From Halorarum halobium (GTDB lineage Archaea > Halobacteriota > Halobacteria > Halobacteriales > Haloferacaceae), in NCBI RefSeq assembly GCF_032116555.1, contig NZ_CP134949.1, positions 2,790,001 through 2,854,000 on the forward strand: a stretch of DNA of 64,000 nucleotides, given 5' to 3'. Under the pieces are notes generated by a model. It saw only the letters and a list, made by a program, of their open reading frames with translations. It was not told the origin of the DNA and ran no database searches. Positions 1-10,336 of this stretch are shown here, piece after piece (position 1 is the first letter of the stretch; each line of letters starts with the position of its first letter). Position numbers and translations under genes: made by a program.

Positions 1-90
1 AACCGACGACCGAGCCCAGAACCACGGATACGATCCGGACCGTGAACGAGTCACAAAACCCATACCGGAGCCACGAAACGCACACCGCAA

Positions 91-819
91 ATGAGCGGTC
101 CCCGAACGCCCCTCCTCCGTCCAGGGTCGTACTTCGAATCACACGACGGCTCCCCGCCAGTGGCGGACGCCGCCATCGCCGTCGCGGTCGTCGCGGCCCT
201 TACGGCCGGCGGCGTCGGCCTGTTCCTCGGCGAGTTCGCGGCCTCCGTCGACGCGACCGTCGAGATGGACAATCCCGAGCACCGGCCCGAGTGGGCCTGC
301 GAGAACTACGAGAACATGGACGTCTCGACGCCGTCCGGCTGTGGCTCGTCCGTCCCCGAGACGGTCGACCGGGACCTGGGCACGCTCGTCGCCGAGGAGC
401 TCTCGTGGCTCCCCTGGGCGACCCTGTTCGTCGTTCCCGTCTTCTGGCTGTTCCAGGCCGGCGTGCTCCACGCGCTGACCGCGATGGCCGGCGGCGAGGG
501 GTCGTTCGCCGGCACGCTCTCGGTCGCCGGTTGGGGGATGGTGCCCAGCATCGCACGGCTGCTCGGCGTCGGCGCGGTGATCCTCTACCAGCTTCGCACG
601 ACGCCGGTTCCGGGCTCGCCAGAAGGGGCCGTCGCCGCGCTGGAGGCCGCACTCGCCGGGCTGGGAACGATCTCCATCGGTGCCGCGCTCGTGGTGGCCG
701 TCTGGGGCGGGTACGTGCGGACGTACGGGCTCGCGTCCGCCCGCGACGTCTCGTTCGACGAGGCGCTCATCATCGTCGCCGCGACGACACTCGTCGGGCT
801 CGGCTTCGAGCTGGTCTGA
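91..819 (+). CDS. Yip1-domain membrane protein
   Basis: 'LLRPGSYF' N-terminus and about 5 hydrophobic segments, including '[18 protein letters not shown]', typical of Yip1-family proteins. Confidence 0.75.
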   Translation: MSGPRTPLLRPGSYFESHDGSPPVADAAIAVAVVAALTAGGVGLFLGEFAASVDATVEMDNPEHRPEWACENYENMDVSTPSGCGSSVPETVDRDLGTLVAEELSWLPWATLFVVPVFWLFQAGVLHALTAMAGGEGSFAGTLSVAGWGMVPSIARLLGVGAVILYQLRTTPVPGSPEGAVAALEAALAGLGTISIGAALVVAVWGGYVRTYGLASARDVSFDEALIIVAATTLVGLGFELV

Positions 820-877
820 TCGGCCGGCCCGGGACGGAGCGGTAGGGTTTACGTCGCCGCGTAACGGTCATCGTGAC

Positions 878-1495
878 ATGATACTGGCCGACACCGACAT
901 CCTCGCGCGCCTCCGCGACGGGGACCTCGTGGTCGACCCGCTCGCGGACGTGGACATGCAGGTACAGCCCGCGAGCATCGACCTCCGACTCGGCCCGGAG
1001 TTCCTCGAGTTCCGGCGGACGAACATCCCCTGTATCCACCCGAACGACGAGCGCGAGGTCGACGAGTACGTGACCCAGACGCACGTCCCCGAGGGCGAGG
1101 ACTTCATCCTCCACCCCGGCGACTTCGTGCTCGGCACGACGAAGGAGCGCGTCGAGATCCCAGACGACCTCGTGGCTCACGTCGAGGGGCGCTCCTCGCT
1201 GGGCCGCCTCGCCATCGTCGTCCACGCGACCGCCGGCCTCTGTGACCCCGGCTACCGGGGCCAGATCACCCTCGAACTGTCGAACCTCGGCAACGCGCCC
1301 GTCGCGCTCTCGCCGGGCATGCGCGTCTCACAGCTCACCTTCACGGAGCTGAAATCGCCCGCGGACCGCCCGTACGGCAGCGAGCGCGGATCGAAGTATC
1401 AGGGCCAGTCCGGCCCGCAGGCCTCGCGCATCGGCGACGACCCGGAGTTCGTGGAGAACGGCCCCGAGGACGTCGACGGAACGGCGGTGGAGTAG
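878..1495 (+). CDS. dcd: dCTP deaminase
   Basis: ATG at 878 (MILADTDI); motifs [39 protein letters not shown]. Confidence 0.95.
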   Translation: MILADTDILARLRDGDLVVDPLADVDMQVQPASIDLRLGPEFLEFRRTNIPCIHPNDEREVDEYVTQTHVPEGEDFILHPGDFVLGTTKERVEIPDDLVAHVEGRSSLGRLAIVVHATAGLCDPGYRGQITLELSNLGNAPVALSPGMRVSQLTFTELKSPADRPYGSERGSKYQGQSGPQASRIGDDPEFVENGPEDVDGTAVE

Positions 1496-1496
1496 C

Positions 1497-2396
1497 GTGC
1501 GGTTCATCGAGGAGATCGTCGTCGAGGAGTTCCTCCCGACGGTGCGGTCGATGCTCGCCGGGGAACTCCGCGACCGTGGGCTCACCCAGCGGGAGGTCGC
1601 CGACGTGCTCGGAATTAGCCAGTCGGCAGTCTCGAAGTACGCCCACGGCGAGGTCGGCAGACGGGAGGAGATCCTCCGCGACGAGCGCGTCGTGGCGCTC
1701 GTCGAGCGGGTCGCGGACGGCCTCGCCTCGGGGGACATGAGCCCTGTCGCGGCGCTGGTCGAGTTCGAGGTGCTCGTGCGCGAACTGGAGGACGGCGACG
1801 TGCTCGCGGAACTCCACGAGGAGGCGATGCCGGAACTCGCGGACGCCGAGTACGACTTCGTGGTCCACGACCCCGACAGCGCGCTCCGCGAGCGCGAGCG
1901 GACGCTCGCCTCGCTCCGGCGCGGCCTGCGGACGCTCACCAACACCTCCGGGTTCGCGGGGCTCATCCCGCACGTCGGCTCGAACCTCGTCGAGTGTCTC
2001 CCGGACGCGACCGGCATCGAGGACGTCGCGGCCGTTCCGGGCCGCATCTTCGACGTGAAGGGCCGCGCGACCGTCCCCGGCGACCCGGAGTTCGGCGTCA
2101 GCGAGCACGTCGCCGGCGTCCTGCTCTCGGCGCGGGCCGCCGGGGCCGACGTGCGCGCCGCCGTGAACATCACCCACGACGCCGACATCGTGGCGACGCT
2201 GGAGGCCGCGGGCCACGACTGCGTCGCGTTCGACCCCGACGCGCCGACCGACCCCGTCCGCGCGGCGCTGTCGGACCGCGAGGTGGCCGGGACGGTCGTG
2301 GTGTACCAGGCCGGCGGCTTCGGCATCGAGCCGGTCGTCTACGTGCTCGGCCCGGACGCCGCCAGCGTCGTCGACGTGGTGCGCGAATTGGTGTGA
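1497..2396 (+). CDS. HTH-ThiN fusion (thiamine-phosphate synthase family / ThiR-type regulator)
   Basis: N-terminal XRE-like HTH (LTQREVADVLGISQSAVSKY) and a ThiN domain (IPHVGSN, VAAVPGRI, PEFGVSEHVA, GFGIEP). Confidence 0.85.
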   Translation: MRFIEEIVVEEFLPTVRSMLAGELRDRGLTQREVADVLGISQSAVSKYAHGEVGRREEILRDERVVALVERVADGLASGDMSPVAALVEFEVLVRELEDGDVLAELHEEAMPELADAEYDFVVHDPDSALRERERTLASLRRGLRTLTNTSGFAGLIPHVGSNLVECLPDATGIEDVAAVPGRIFDVKGRATVPGDPEFGVSEHVAGVLLSARAAGADVRAAVNITHDADIVATLEAAGHDCVAFDPDAPTDPVRAALSDREVAGTVVVYQAGGFGIEPVVYVLGPDAASVVDVVRELV

Positions 2397-2425
2397 TGGC
2401 CAATCCGGCTATCGAGGGGGCCTGA

Positions 2426-3082
2426 ATGGACGCCCCCGAGTTCTACACGACGTTCTCGACGCTCTACGACGCGCTGGCCCGCCACGGCCCGGGCGTCGGC
2501 CGCCTCCGCGAGGCGCTCGCCGACGCGCTCGCGCCCGCTCCCGGCGACACGGTCGTCGAACTCGGCTGCGGGACGGGCGCGAACCATCCCCACTTCCGCG
2601 ACCTGATCGGCCCCGCCGGCCGGTACGTCGGCGTCGACTTCTCGCCGGGCGTCCTCGACGTCGCCAGCGACCGCGAGCGGGCGGCGGGCGCGGCGTTCGT
2701 CCGCGCCGACGCGACGCGGCCGCCGATCCGTTCGGCCTCGGTCGACGCCTGCTGTTCCGCGTTCGTCTCGGGGATGCTCGCGGAGCCGGCGGCCGCGGTC
2801 CGGACGTGGGCCGACCTCGTCGGCCCGGGCGGTCGGCTGGCGCTGCTCGACCTCGCGCGGACGACGCGGCCCGGCTGGCGGCTGCTCAACCCCGGCTTCC
2901 GACTGTTCGTCCGCCTCGGCTCGCCGCCCGGCGGCGCGAACCCGTTCGACGGGAGCCCGACCGCGCGGCTGGACGAGCGCGTGGCGGCGGCTCACCGGGA
3001 ACTCGGAACCCGCTGTAGCGACGTGACGACCGCGACGCTCGCGGGCGGGTTCGCCCGCGTGAGCGCCGGCACCGTGCGATAA
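2426..3082 (+). CDS. class I SAM-dependent methyltransferase
   Basis: Motif I VVELGCGTG, GVDFS, RADA. Confidence 0.85.
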   Translation: MDAPEFYTTFSTLYDALARHGPGVGRLREALADALAPAPGDTVVELGCGTGANHPHFRDLIGPAGRYVGVDFSPGVLDVASDRERAAGAAFVRADATRPPIRSASVDACCSAFVSGMLAEPAAAVRTWADLVGPGGRLALLDLARTTRPGWRLLNPGFRLFVRLGSPPGGANPFDGSPTARLDERVAAAHRELGTRCSDVTTATLAGGFARVSAGTVR

Positions 3083-3145
3083 TCGGCCGCGTTCCCCCCT
3101 CGATTCGTCGACGGTCCCCCCGGGGCGTGGTCGCGGTCAGGCGTC

Positions 3146-3298
3146 TCAGCGCGTCGCGCGCGCCTCGCGCACGTCGCCGCCGTCCCGGACCAGGTCCTCA
3201 CAGTGGGGACACACGCGCGGTCCGTCCGTCTCGTCGGGCGCGAACACCCGAACGTACCGATCGGACACGGAGGACCCGCAGTTGGTACACTCTCGCAT
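3146..3298 (-). CDS. small CPxCG-related zinc-finger protein (50 aa)
   Basis: MRECTNCGSSVSDRYVRVF...RVCPHC: two CxxC pairs, typical of haloarchaeal microproteins; ATG at 3298. Confidence 0.8.
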   Translation of the reverse strand: MRECTNCGSSVSDRYVRVFAPDETDGPRVCPHCEDLVRDGGDVREARATR

Positions 3299-3633
3299 AC
3301 GAGCGGTCGGGTTTCTCGGCATCCGCCATAAATTTCGTGGCTCCGACAGTCGAAACATCGTTCTCCGTGGAGGCGACCCTTCCGCCTCCCGCGTGGCCGG
3401 AAGCGGGGAGCCGTCGTCCGGCCGTCCTCGACCACGCCAGCCGGGTACCGATCCGTCGCCACCCGGCCGGAACTGGTAAGTAACTCGTCCGAAACCGTCG
3501 ATAATCCGTCCATAACAAATCCGTCCGTCTCCGGTTAGTTCGTTGATGAGTCGCGCAGCACTCAGGGAGTCGACTGGAGCATCGAGAGCGAGTATCGGCC
3601 CCCGGCGGCCGGGGGCCGGGAGGTGACGGGCTG

Positions 3634-4629
3634 ATGAGCGTCCGCGTCGAGGAGGTCGGGGACGGGACGGAGTGGAACGAACTACTCGCCGGGAGTCGGG
3701 GCGGCTCGCCGTTCCACCGGTACGAGTTCCTCGAGACGTGTGCCCGCCACGGCGACGCCACGGTCCACCCGTACGTCGGCTACAAGGGCGAGGAGCCGAT
3801 CGGGCTGTTTCCCGTCCTCGAGGCGCGGAAGGGGCCGTTCACCGCCGCGTTCTCGCCGCCGCCTGACCTGAAGGTCCCGTATCTCGGCCCCGCGCCGCTG
3901 AACGCCGGGAAGCTGAAGCGGGGCAAACGCGAGCGGCGCAACCGCCGGTTCGTCGAGGCGGTGCTCGACCGCGTGGACCGCGAGTTCGGCCCGCGGTTCG
4001 TGAACGTCCGGACGAGCCCCGACTACGACGACGAGCGACCGTTCGTCTGGGCGGGCTACGACGCGACGCCGCGGTACACCTACGTGCTCGATCTCACCGA
4101 GAACGTCGAGGACCTTCGCATGGCGCTCAACTCGGGCGTGCGCAAGTCCGTCCGCGAGCGTGCCGACGGGTTCGAGATCGCCGAGGCGGACCTCGGCGAC
4201 GTCGAACGGATCATCGAGGGGGCCGCCCGCCGGCACGCGGAGAAGGGTGCCGACTACAACGTCACGCCGTCGTTCGTCACCGACCTCCACGACGCGCTCC
4301 CGGACGGGATGGTCCGGGCCCACGTCTGTCGACACGACGGCGAGTTCTGCGGGGGTGAGGTGTCCCTGGAGTACGACGGAACCGTCTACGGCTGGCAGTC
4401 CTACGGCGACCTCTCGCGTTCGGTGCCGGTGTACGATCTCATGTACTGGCACATCTTCCGGGCCGCGAAGGAGCGCGGCTGTACGGCCTACGACCTCCTC
4501 GGCGCGAACAACCCCGACCTCTGCCGGTACAAGGCGAAGTTCTCGCCGGAGCTACGGAAGTATCAGGCGCTGAACCGCGCGACCCTGGACATGAAGGCGG
4601 CCGCGAAGGTGTACAAGCGGCTGCGGTAG
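3634..4629 (+). CDS. GNAT / FemAB-like acyltransferase
   Basis: Double-GNAT pattern: SPFHRYEFL, PRYTYVLDL, YDLLGANNPDLCRYKAKF. Confidence 0.8.
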   Translation: MSVRVEEVGDGTEWNELLAGSRGGSPFHRYEFLETCARHGDATVHPYVGYKGEEPIGLFPVLEARKGPFTAAFSPPPDLKVPYLGPAPLNAGKLKRGKRERRNRRFVEAVLDRVDREFGPRFVNVRTSPDYDDERPFVWAGYDATPRYTYVLDLTENVEDLRMALNSGVRKSVRERADGFEIAEADLGDVERIIEGAARRHAEKGADYNVTPSFVTDLHDALPDGMVRAHVCRHDGEFCGGEVSLEYDGTVYGWQSYGDLSRSVPVYDLMYWHIFRAAKERGCTAYDLLGANNPDLCRYKAKFSPELRKYQALNRATLDMKAAAKVYKRLR

Positions 4630-4798
4630 CGGGCGCTCGGAACCCCGCGTTTGCCCACACCGGTGATCGGCTCCTCCTCGTACGCACTCGCACCGGTAAC
4701 CCGCTCGCCATCGCACGCGCTCCCACCGCACTTGCCCCCGAACGCGCCAGAGCGGCGCGGGTTTTTATCGCCGGGAGCCGAACGTCGGGCACGACCAA

Positions 4799-5830
4799 AT
4801 GAGCGACGCCACCAACATGCTCGTCGACGGCGAGTGGCGCACCGACGTCAGGCGGGACACCGGCGACGGCGGCGAGTTCGAGCGGGACGAGACCAGCTTC
4901 CGGAACTGGATCGACGGCGCGGTGCCCGAGGCCGGCGCGGAGCCGGTCGAGAACCCCGAGTTCCCGGCCGAGCCCGGCCGCTACCACGTCTACATCAACC
5001 GGGCGTGCCCGTGGGCTCACCGGGTCGCGATGACGCGCGCCCTGAACGGACTGGAGGACGTCATCTCGCTCTCGCTCAGCAAGCCCGAGCGTGCCGACGA
5101 GGGCTGGGAGTTCTCCGAGGAACAGCCCGATCCGCTGTACGGCTCCGAGTACCTCCGCGAGATCTACACCCGTGCCGACGACGAGTACACCGGCCGCGTG
5201 ACCGTGCCGGTGCTGTGGGACAAAGAGCGGGAGACCATCGTCAACAACGAGAGCGAGGAGATCATGCGGACCCTCGACACCGCGTTCGACGAGTTCGGCA
5301 ACGGCGTCGACCTCTACCCCGAGGCGTACCGCGAGGAGATCGACGAGCGCATCGCCGACGTCTACCCCCGGATCAACAACGGCGTCTACCGCGCCGGCTT
5401 CGCCGGGACCCAGGCGGCCTACGACGACGCCGTCGACGACCTGTTCGACGCGCTGGACGAGTACGAACGGCGGCTCTCCGACCGGCGCTACCTTGTCGGC
5501 GACAGGCTCACCGAGGCCGACGTGGCGACGTTCGCCACGCTGGTCCGGTTCGATCACGTCTACCACACCCACTTCCGGTGTAACCGCCGGGCGATCCACG
5601 AGTACCCGAACCTCTGGGGGTACACGAAGGACGTGTTCCAGACTCCCGGCATCGAGGGGACGGTGAACCTCGATCACATCACGCGGCACTACTACAAGTC
5701 CCACGAGAGCCTGAACCCGAAACGCATCGTCCCGACTGGCCCCGACGTCGACTTCTCCGCGCCGCACGCCCGCGACAGCAAGCCCGGACTGTCGTTCGAG
5801 GAACTGGCCGAGGACGCGACGGCCGACTGA
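4799..5830 (+). CDS. glutathionyl-hydroquinone reductase (Xi-class GST family)
   Basis: CPWAHR active site, GRVTVPVLWD, IVNNES, INNGVYRAGFA. Confidence 0.92.
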   Translation: MSDATNMLVDGEWRTDVRRDTGDGGEFERDETSFRNWIDGAVPEAGAEPVENPEFPAEPGRYHVYINRACPWAHRVAMTRALNGLEDVISLSLSKPERADEGWEFSEEQPDPLYGSEYLREIYTRADDEYTGRVTVPVLWDKERETIVNNESEEIMRTLDTAFDEFGNGVDLYPEAYREEIDERIADVYPRINNGVYRAGFAGTQAAYDDAVDDLFDALDEYERRLSDRRYLVGDRLTEADVATFATLVRFDHVYHTHFRCNRRAIHEYPNLWGYTKDVFQTPGIEGTVNLDHITRHYYKSHESLNPKRIVPTGPDVDFSAPHARDSKPGLSFEELAEDATAD

Positions 5831-5919
5831 GGACGGCGCCGACGCCCGGCGGTCCCGAGTCGCCGCGTCCGGTTCGCCGGCGCGGGTATCCTTAACACGT
5901 TTCGCCCGTAGCCGTATCC

Positions 5920-7071
5920 ATGCCCAGCCCCACCGCTCGCGTCCGCGCCTGTGACCGCTCCCGCATCCGCCTCATGTTCGACCTCGCAGACGAGGCCGAG
6001 CGCGCGGGGCGGGACCCGGTGCGCCTGGAGGTCGGCGAACCAGACTTCGACACGCCCGAACACGTCACCGAAGCGGCGTTCGACGCGGCCCGCGGGGGCG
6101 CGACCCACTACACCTCGAACGCCGGCCTGCCGGCGCTCCGCGAGGCCATCGCCGACACCCTGGCGGCCGAGTTCGGGGTCCGCCGGACGGCCGGCGAGGT
6201 GGTCGTCACGACCGGCGGGATGGAGGCGCTCCACCTCGCCGTGCTGGCGACGGTCGGGCCCGGCGAGGACCTGCTGATCCCCTCCCCCGGCTGGTCGAAC
6301 TACTGGACGCAGGCGCGACTCGCCGACGCGAACCCGGTCGAGGTTCCGATGCCCGCGCCCGACTACGACCTGGACGCCGAGCGCGTGATCGACCGGATGG
6401 GACCGGACACCGCGGCGGTGATGCTCTGCTCGCCCTCGAACCCGACCGGGCGCGTCGCCGATCCGGATGCGGTCCGGGCCATCGTCGAGACCGCCGCCGA
6501 GCACGACGCCTACGTCGTCTCCGACGAGGTGTACGGGGCGCTCACCTACGACCGCGACCCCGAGAGCACGGCGTCGATGACGGGCAACCCCGAGCACGTG
6601 CTCACGGTCGGCTCCTGCTCGAAGGCGTACGCGATGACCGGCTGGCGGGTCGGCTGGCTCGCGGGCACGTCCGACGTCGTCGACGAGGCGACGAAGGTCC
6701 GGGAGTCGACCACCGCTTGCGCGCCGAGCATGGCCCAGCACGCGGCGATCGCCGCGCTCACCGGCCCGCAGGAGCCGTTCGAGGCGATGCACGAGGCGTT
6801 CCGCGAGCGCCGGGACTACGTCGACGACCGCCTCGCCGACATGGACGGCGTGACCGCGCCGCGGCCCGAGGGCGCCTTCTACGCGTTCCTAGACCCCGAG
6901 ACGGACGAGGCCAGCCTCCCGCTGGCCGAGCGCCTGCTGGACGAGGGCGGGGTGGTGCTCGCCCCCGGTGACGGCTTCGGCGAGGCAGGACGGGGACAGC
7001 TTCGGCTCTCGTTCGCGAACTCGCTGGCACGGCTGGAGGAGGGGCTGGACCGCATCGAGGCGACGATATAG
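5920..7071 (+). CDS. PLP-dependent class I/II aminotransferase
   Basis: GEPDFDTP, SPSNPTG, SDEVY, SCSKAYAMTGWRVG. Confidence 0.92.
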   Translation: MPSPTARVRACDRSRIRLMFDLADEAERAGRDPVRLEVGEPDFDTPEHVTEAAFDAARGGATHYTSNAGLPALREAIADTLAAEFGVRRTAGEVVVTTGGMEALHLAVLATVGPGEDLLIPSPGWSNYWTQARLADANPVEVPMPAPDYDLDAERVIDRMGPDTAAVMLCSPSNPTGRVADPDAVRAIVETAAEHDAYVVSDEVYGALTYDRDPESTASMTGNPEHVLTVGSCSKAYAMTGWRVGWLAGTSDVVDEATKVRESTTACAPSMAQHAAIAALTGPQEPFEAMHEAFRERRDYVDDRLADMDGVTAPRPEGAFYAFLDPETDEASLPLAERLLDEGGVVLAPGDGFGEAGRGQLRLSFANSLARLEEGLDRIEATI

Positions 7072-7185
7072 GGTCCGCCGTCGGCTGCCGAATCGACGGG
7101 GGCGGTAAGTCGGAGTGGGGGTGAGGCTCCACGGGCTCCGCCCTGAGCCGGGGCCGAAACGCCCGCTGCCGGCTGGAGCGAGCGC

Positions 7186-8187
7186 TCAATCGCCACGTAG
7201 CCGCTCGGGAACTGAAACCGGCGAAGGCGGCTCCGGGAGGAGCCACGAGGGGACGACCCGCGTGAGGACGACCATCCCGCCCAGTTCGACGAGCGTCTGC
7301 GTGACGACGACTGCCGGTGCCAGCCCGTAGCCCGCCGGGAGTGCCAGCGCCAGCGGGAGGACGACCAGCGAGTTCCGGGTGACGGACGTGAACACGAGCG
7401 CCCGGCCCTCACCGACGTCCATCCGGAACAGGCCGGCCGCCAGCCGTCCGAGCAACGGCATGACGACGAGAAAGGCGACGTACACCGGGACGACGGCCGT
7501 GATCCGGCCGATCGACTCCCCTACGCGCGGGAGCTGGGAGGCGATGACGACGAACAGCGTCACGCCCATCATCGGGACGGGAAGCCACCCCATCGTCTCC
7601 TGCCAGGACTCGCCCGTCCGGGAGCGTTCCGCCCACGCCTCGGTGAGCCACGCGAGCGCCAGCGGCGACGCGATGATGACCAGAAACGCCTCGATGAACG
7701 GGCCGGCCTCGATGACTTCGGCGACCTCGGCCCCCATGAAGAGCCAGAGGTACGCCGGAAGCAACAGCAGCTGGACGAGCATCAGGGCCGGCGTCGCCGC
7801 GGTGAGCTGTTCGGAATTCCCTCCCGCGAGTTCGGCGAAGGTGATGACGTAGTCGATACACGGCGTCAGGAGAACCATGAACACGCCCACCAGGATGGCC
7901 GGCTCCGGGGGCAGAACCCGGGTGAGCACCCAGACGACGACGGGGACGACGAGGAAGTTCATCCCGAGCGCAGCCGCCATGAACCGCCCGTTCGTGAACG
8001 CACGGCGGAGCCGGACGAACGGGATCTCGAGGAAGGTCACGTAGAGCAGAACCGCGAGGACGGGGTCGATCAGCCGTTCGACGACCGGAGCCGAACCCGG
8101 ACGTGCCGCTCCGACTCCGACCGCCAGCGTGACCGCGACCGCGTACACGGCGATCTGATGCCGTCGGAGCCAGCTCCGCGTATCCAT
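7186..8187 (-). CDS. Acr3/BART-superfamily transporter (arsenic resistance protein-like)
   Basis: About 10 TM segments; LLTPCIDYV and TRNSLVVLPLAL motifs. Confidence 0.85.
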   Translation of the reverse strand: MDTRSWLRRHQIAVYAVAVTLAVGVGAARPGSAPVVERLIDPVLAVLLYVTFLEIPFVRLRRAFTNGRFMAAALGMNFLVVPVVVWVLTRVLPPEPAILVGVFMVLLTPCIDYVITFAELAGGNSEQLTAATPALMLVQLLLLPAYLWLFMGAEVAEVIEAGPFIEAFLVIIASPLALAWLTEAWAERSRTGESWQETMGWLPVPMMGVTLFVVIASQLPRVGESIGRITAVVPVYVAFLVVMPLLGRLAAGLFRMDVGEGRALVFTSVTRNSLVVLPLALALPAGYGLAPAVVVTQTLVELGGMVVLTRVVPSWLLPEPPSPVSVPERLRGD

Positions 8188-8372
8188 TCGTGCGCCGGTT
8201 CGGGACTACGGGAGAAACCGTCTTCGCTCCGAACCCGGCCCGACCGAGCGTTCGCCGGAGCCGGGGTCGAACGCCTGCGGAACGCCGAACCGACCTGCTC
8301 CCCGCCGAGACAGGCCGACCCAGCACGGTCGCCACCGCGGGACCTAACCCCCTCCGGCCCCTCTCCCCGGCC

Positions 8373-9536
8373 ATGTTCGGGGGCGCTCGTTCCCGCCTCG
8401 CGGCCACGTTCCGGCGCGTGGAGCCGCCGCCGCGGGTCGTGGACTGGGCGCTCGCCGCGACGGTCGCGTTCCAGATCGGGTCGGGGCTCGTCTCGTTCAC
8501 CGTCGGCTCGCCCGGCGGCGAGTGGGTGTTCTGGCTCCACTCGGCGGGCGGGCTGGCGCTCGTCGGCCTGCTCGCATTCAAACTGTGGCGCGTCCGCCGG
8601 CGGGTCACCACGCCGGCGGCGTGGGACGGCGCGACTCCCCTCTCGGTGCTCCAGGCGCTGGTCGCGGTCGCCGCGCTGGCGACGGGCGTCTTCTGGGTGG
8701 TCGGCGGCAACGTGCCGTTCCTCGGCTGGACGACGCTGAACCTCCACGTCGGGCTCGGGCTGGCACTCGTGCCCCTGATTCTGATCCACCTCGGCTCGAA
8801 GTACCACTCGCCGCGGGACGTCGACGTTGATCGCCGGGCCGCGCTCCGGACCGGCGCCCTGCTGGTCGGGGGTGCGCTCGCCTGGCAGGCCAGCGAGGCG
8901 ACGGACCGCCTGCTCGGCGGGGCGTCGCGCCGGTTCACCGGCTCGAAGCCGACCGCGGATCTCTCGGGGGCCGAGACCGAAGGCGGCGAGTTCCCGGTCA
9001 CGTCGTGGGTCGCGGACGACCCCGACCCGGTGGATCGGGACTCGTGGACGCTCTCGGTCGCCGGGCTGGTCGACGAGCCGCTCGAACTCGACTACGGCGA
9101 GGTGGACGGGGCGGCCGACGCCACGGCGGACGAGGGGGGTGGAGACGGGGCTGACGGCGACGCCGGCCGGGAGTCGAGGGCGACGCTCGAAGCCACGCTC
9201 GACTGCACCAGCGGCTGGTACACGATCCAGGAGTGGGGCGGCGTCCGCGTCGGCGACCTGCTCGAGTCGGCCGGCGCGGCCGAGGGGGCGCGATACGTCC
9301 GCTTCGTCTCGGTGACGGGCTACCGCTGGTCGCTGCCGGTCGAGGAGGCGCGGGACGTCCTGCTGGCGACGCGAGTCGGCGGGGACCGGCTGTCCCACGG
9401 CCACGGCGCGCCGGCACGACTCGTCGCCCCCGACCGGCGCGGGTTCCAGTGGGTGAAGTGGGTCGAGCGCGTGGAGGTCCGGCGGCGCGGCGACCCGGCG
9501 CAGTGGCTCGTAACCTTGGTCTCGGGGTTCGATTAG
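8373..9536 (+). CDS. membrane-bound molybdopterin-dependent oxidoreductase (sulfite oxidase/YedY-like)
   Basis: ATG at 8373; N-terminal TM helices, then LDCTSGW, LSHGHGAPARLVAP, GFQWVKWV. Confidence 0.85.
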   Translation: MFGGARSRLAATFRRVEPPPRVVDWALAATVAFQIGSGLVSFTVGSPGGEWVFWLHSAGGLALVGLLAFKLWRVRRRVTTPAAWDGATPLSVLQALVAVAALATGVFWVVGGNVPFLGWTTLNLHVGLGLALVPLILIHLGSKYHSPRDVDVDRRAALRTGALLVGGALAWQASEATDRLLGGASRRFTGSKPTADLSGAETEGGEFPVTSWVADDPDPVDRDSWTLSVAGLVDEPLELDYGEVDGAADATADEGGGDGADGDAGRESRATLEATLDCTSGWYTIQEWGGVRVGDLLESAGAAEGARYVRFVSVTGYRWSLPVEEARDVLLATRVGGDRLSHGHGAPARLVAPDRRGFQWVKWVERVEVRRRGDPAQWLVTLVSGFD

Positions 9537-10003
9537 TCGCCCTCGGAGACGAGGTGGTCGACGCCGTCGGGGGCGAACAGGTCGGCGACGCCACGCGGGA
9601 AGAACGGTTCGGGCGCGTCCAGCAGGCTCTCGACGGTCCGCCACTCGGTGTCGTACTCGAAGGAGCCGCCGTCGTCGATTCCGTGGAACGAGTCGGTCCC
9701 GTACAGCGAGTCGTCGGCGAATCGGGCCTCGCGGACGACCACGAGGTCGTGGCCCGCCCGGTCGTTCCACCGGTAGACGTTCTCGACGGTCCCGACGACG
9801 GGGCCGGCCGCCACGTCGACGCCGAGTTCCTCCCGGAACTCGCGTTCGAGCGCGTCGTCGCTCGTCTCGCCGAACTCGATGCCGCCGCCGACGAACCGGC
9901 GCGCGTCTGTCAGTTCGGGCGGCATCTCGAGGGTCTGGACGAGGTACTCGTCCGTGCCGGGTCGCCGAAGGGCGCCGAGTACCGTCGCTCTGACGGAGGA
10001 CAT
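9533..10003 (-). CDS. NUDIX hydrolase
   Basis: Nudix box GGGIEFGETSDDALEREFREELG. Confidence 0.9.
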   Translation of the reverse strand: MSSVRATVLGALRRPGTDEYLVQTLEMPPELTDARRFVGGGIEFGETSDDALEREFREELGVDVAAGPVVGTVENVYRWNDRAGHDLVVVREARFADDSLYGTDSFHGIDDGGSFEYDTEWRTVESLLDAPEPFFPRGVADLFAPDGVDHLVSEGD

Positions 10004-10097
10004 GGGGATTGGGTTGGACCCGGGATTCCACTAAATTCGTGTCGGTTTTATTTGGGTTCCAGCCAGTCCTCGCTCGACGTACGACCAAGTAACCGGA

Positions 10098-10336
10098 CGG
10101 CGCGCGGCGGCCGCGCTCCGCGCGGCCGCTCGTGCGAGGGACGAGCACCGCAGCCGAAGGCGAGGAGCGCAGGAGGCTGGGGAGGGCGAGGCGCGGTGCT
10201 GTGCGGGGCGGTTGGGTGGGACTGAAAGGGGCCGCGGTTCTCGGCGAACCCCGACGACGCAAGCACCGCAACGCGACCGCAGGGAGCGTGAGGAGCGCAG
10301 CGAGGCGCGGGAGTCGAGAGCCGCGGGGGCTTTCGA
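10098..10336 (-). repeat. dispersed structured intergenic repeat, copy 1
   Basis: Reverse complement reads TCGAAAGCCCC...GCTGCGCTCCTC...GCGGTGCTTGCG...CCCCTTTCAGTCCC (core 10218-10336), as at 27416 and 29148; 10098-10158 also matches about 29407-29469. Confidence 0.85.

Noticed and set aside
7186..8187. Arsenic-resistance operon
   Set aside because: Only an Acr3-like transporter is present, with no arsR, arsC, arsA or arsM nearby; the substrate is uncertain.
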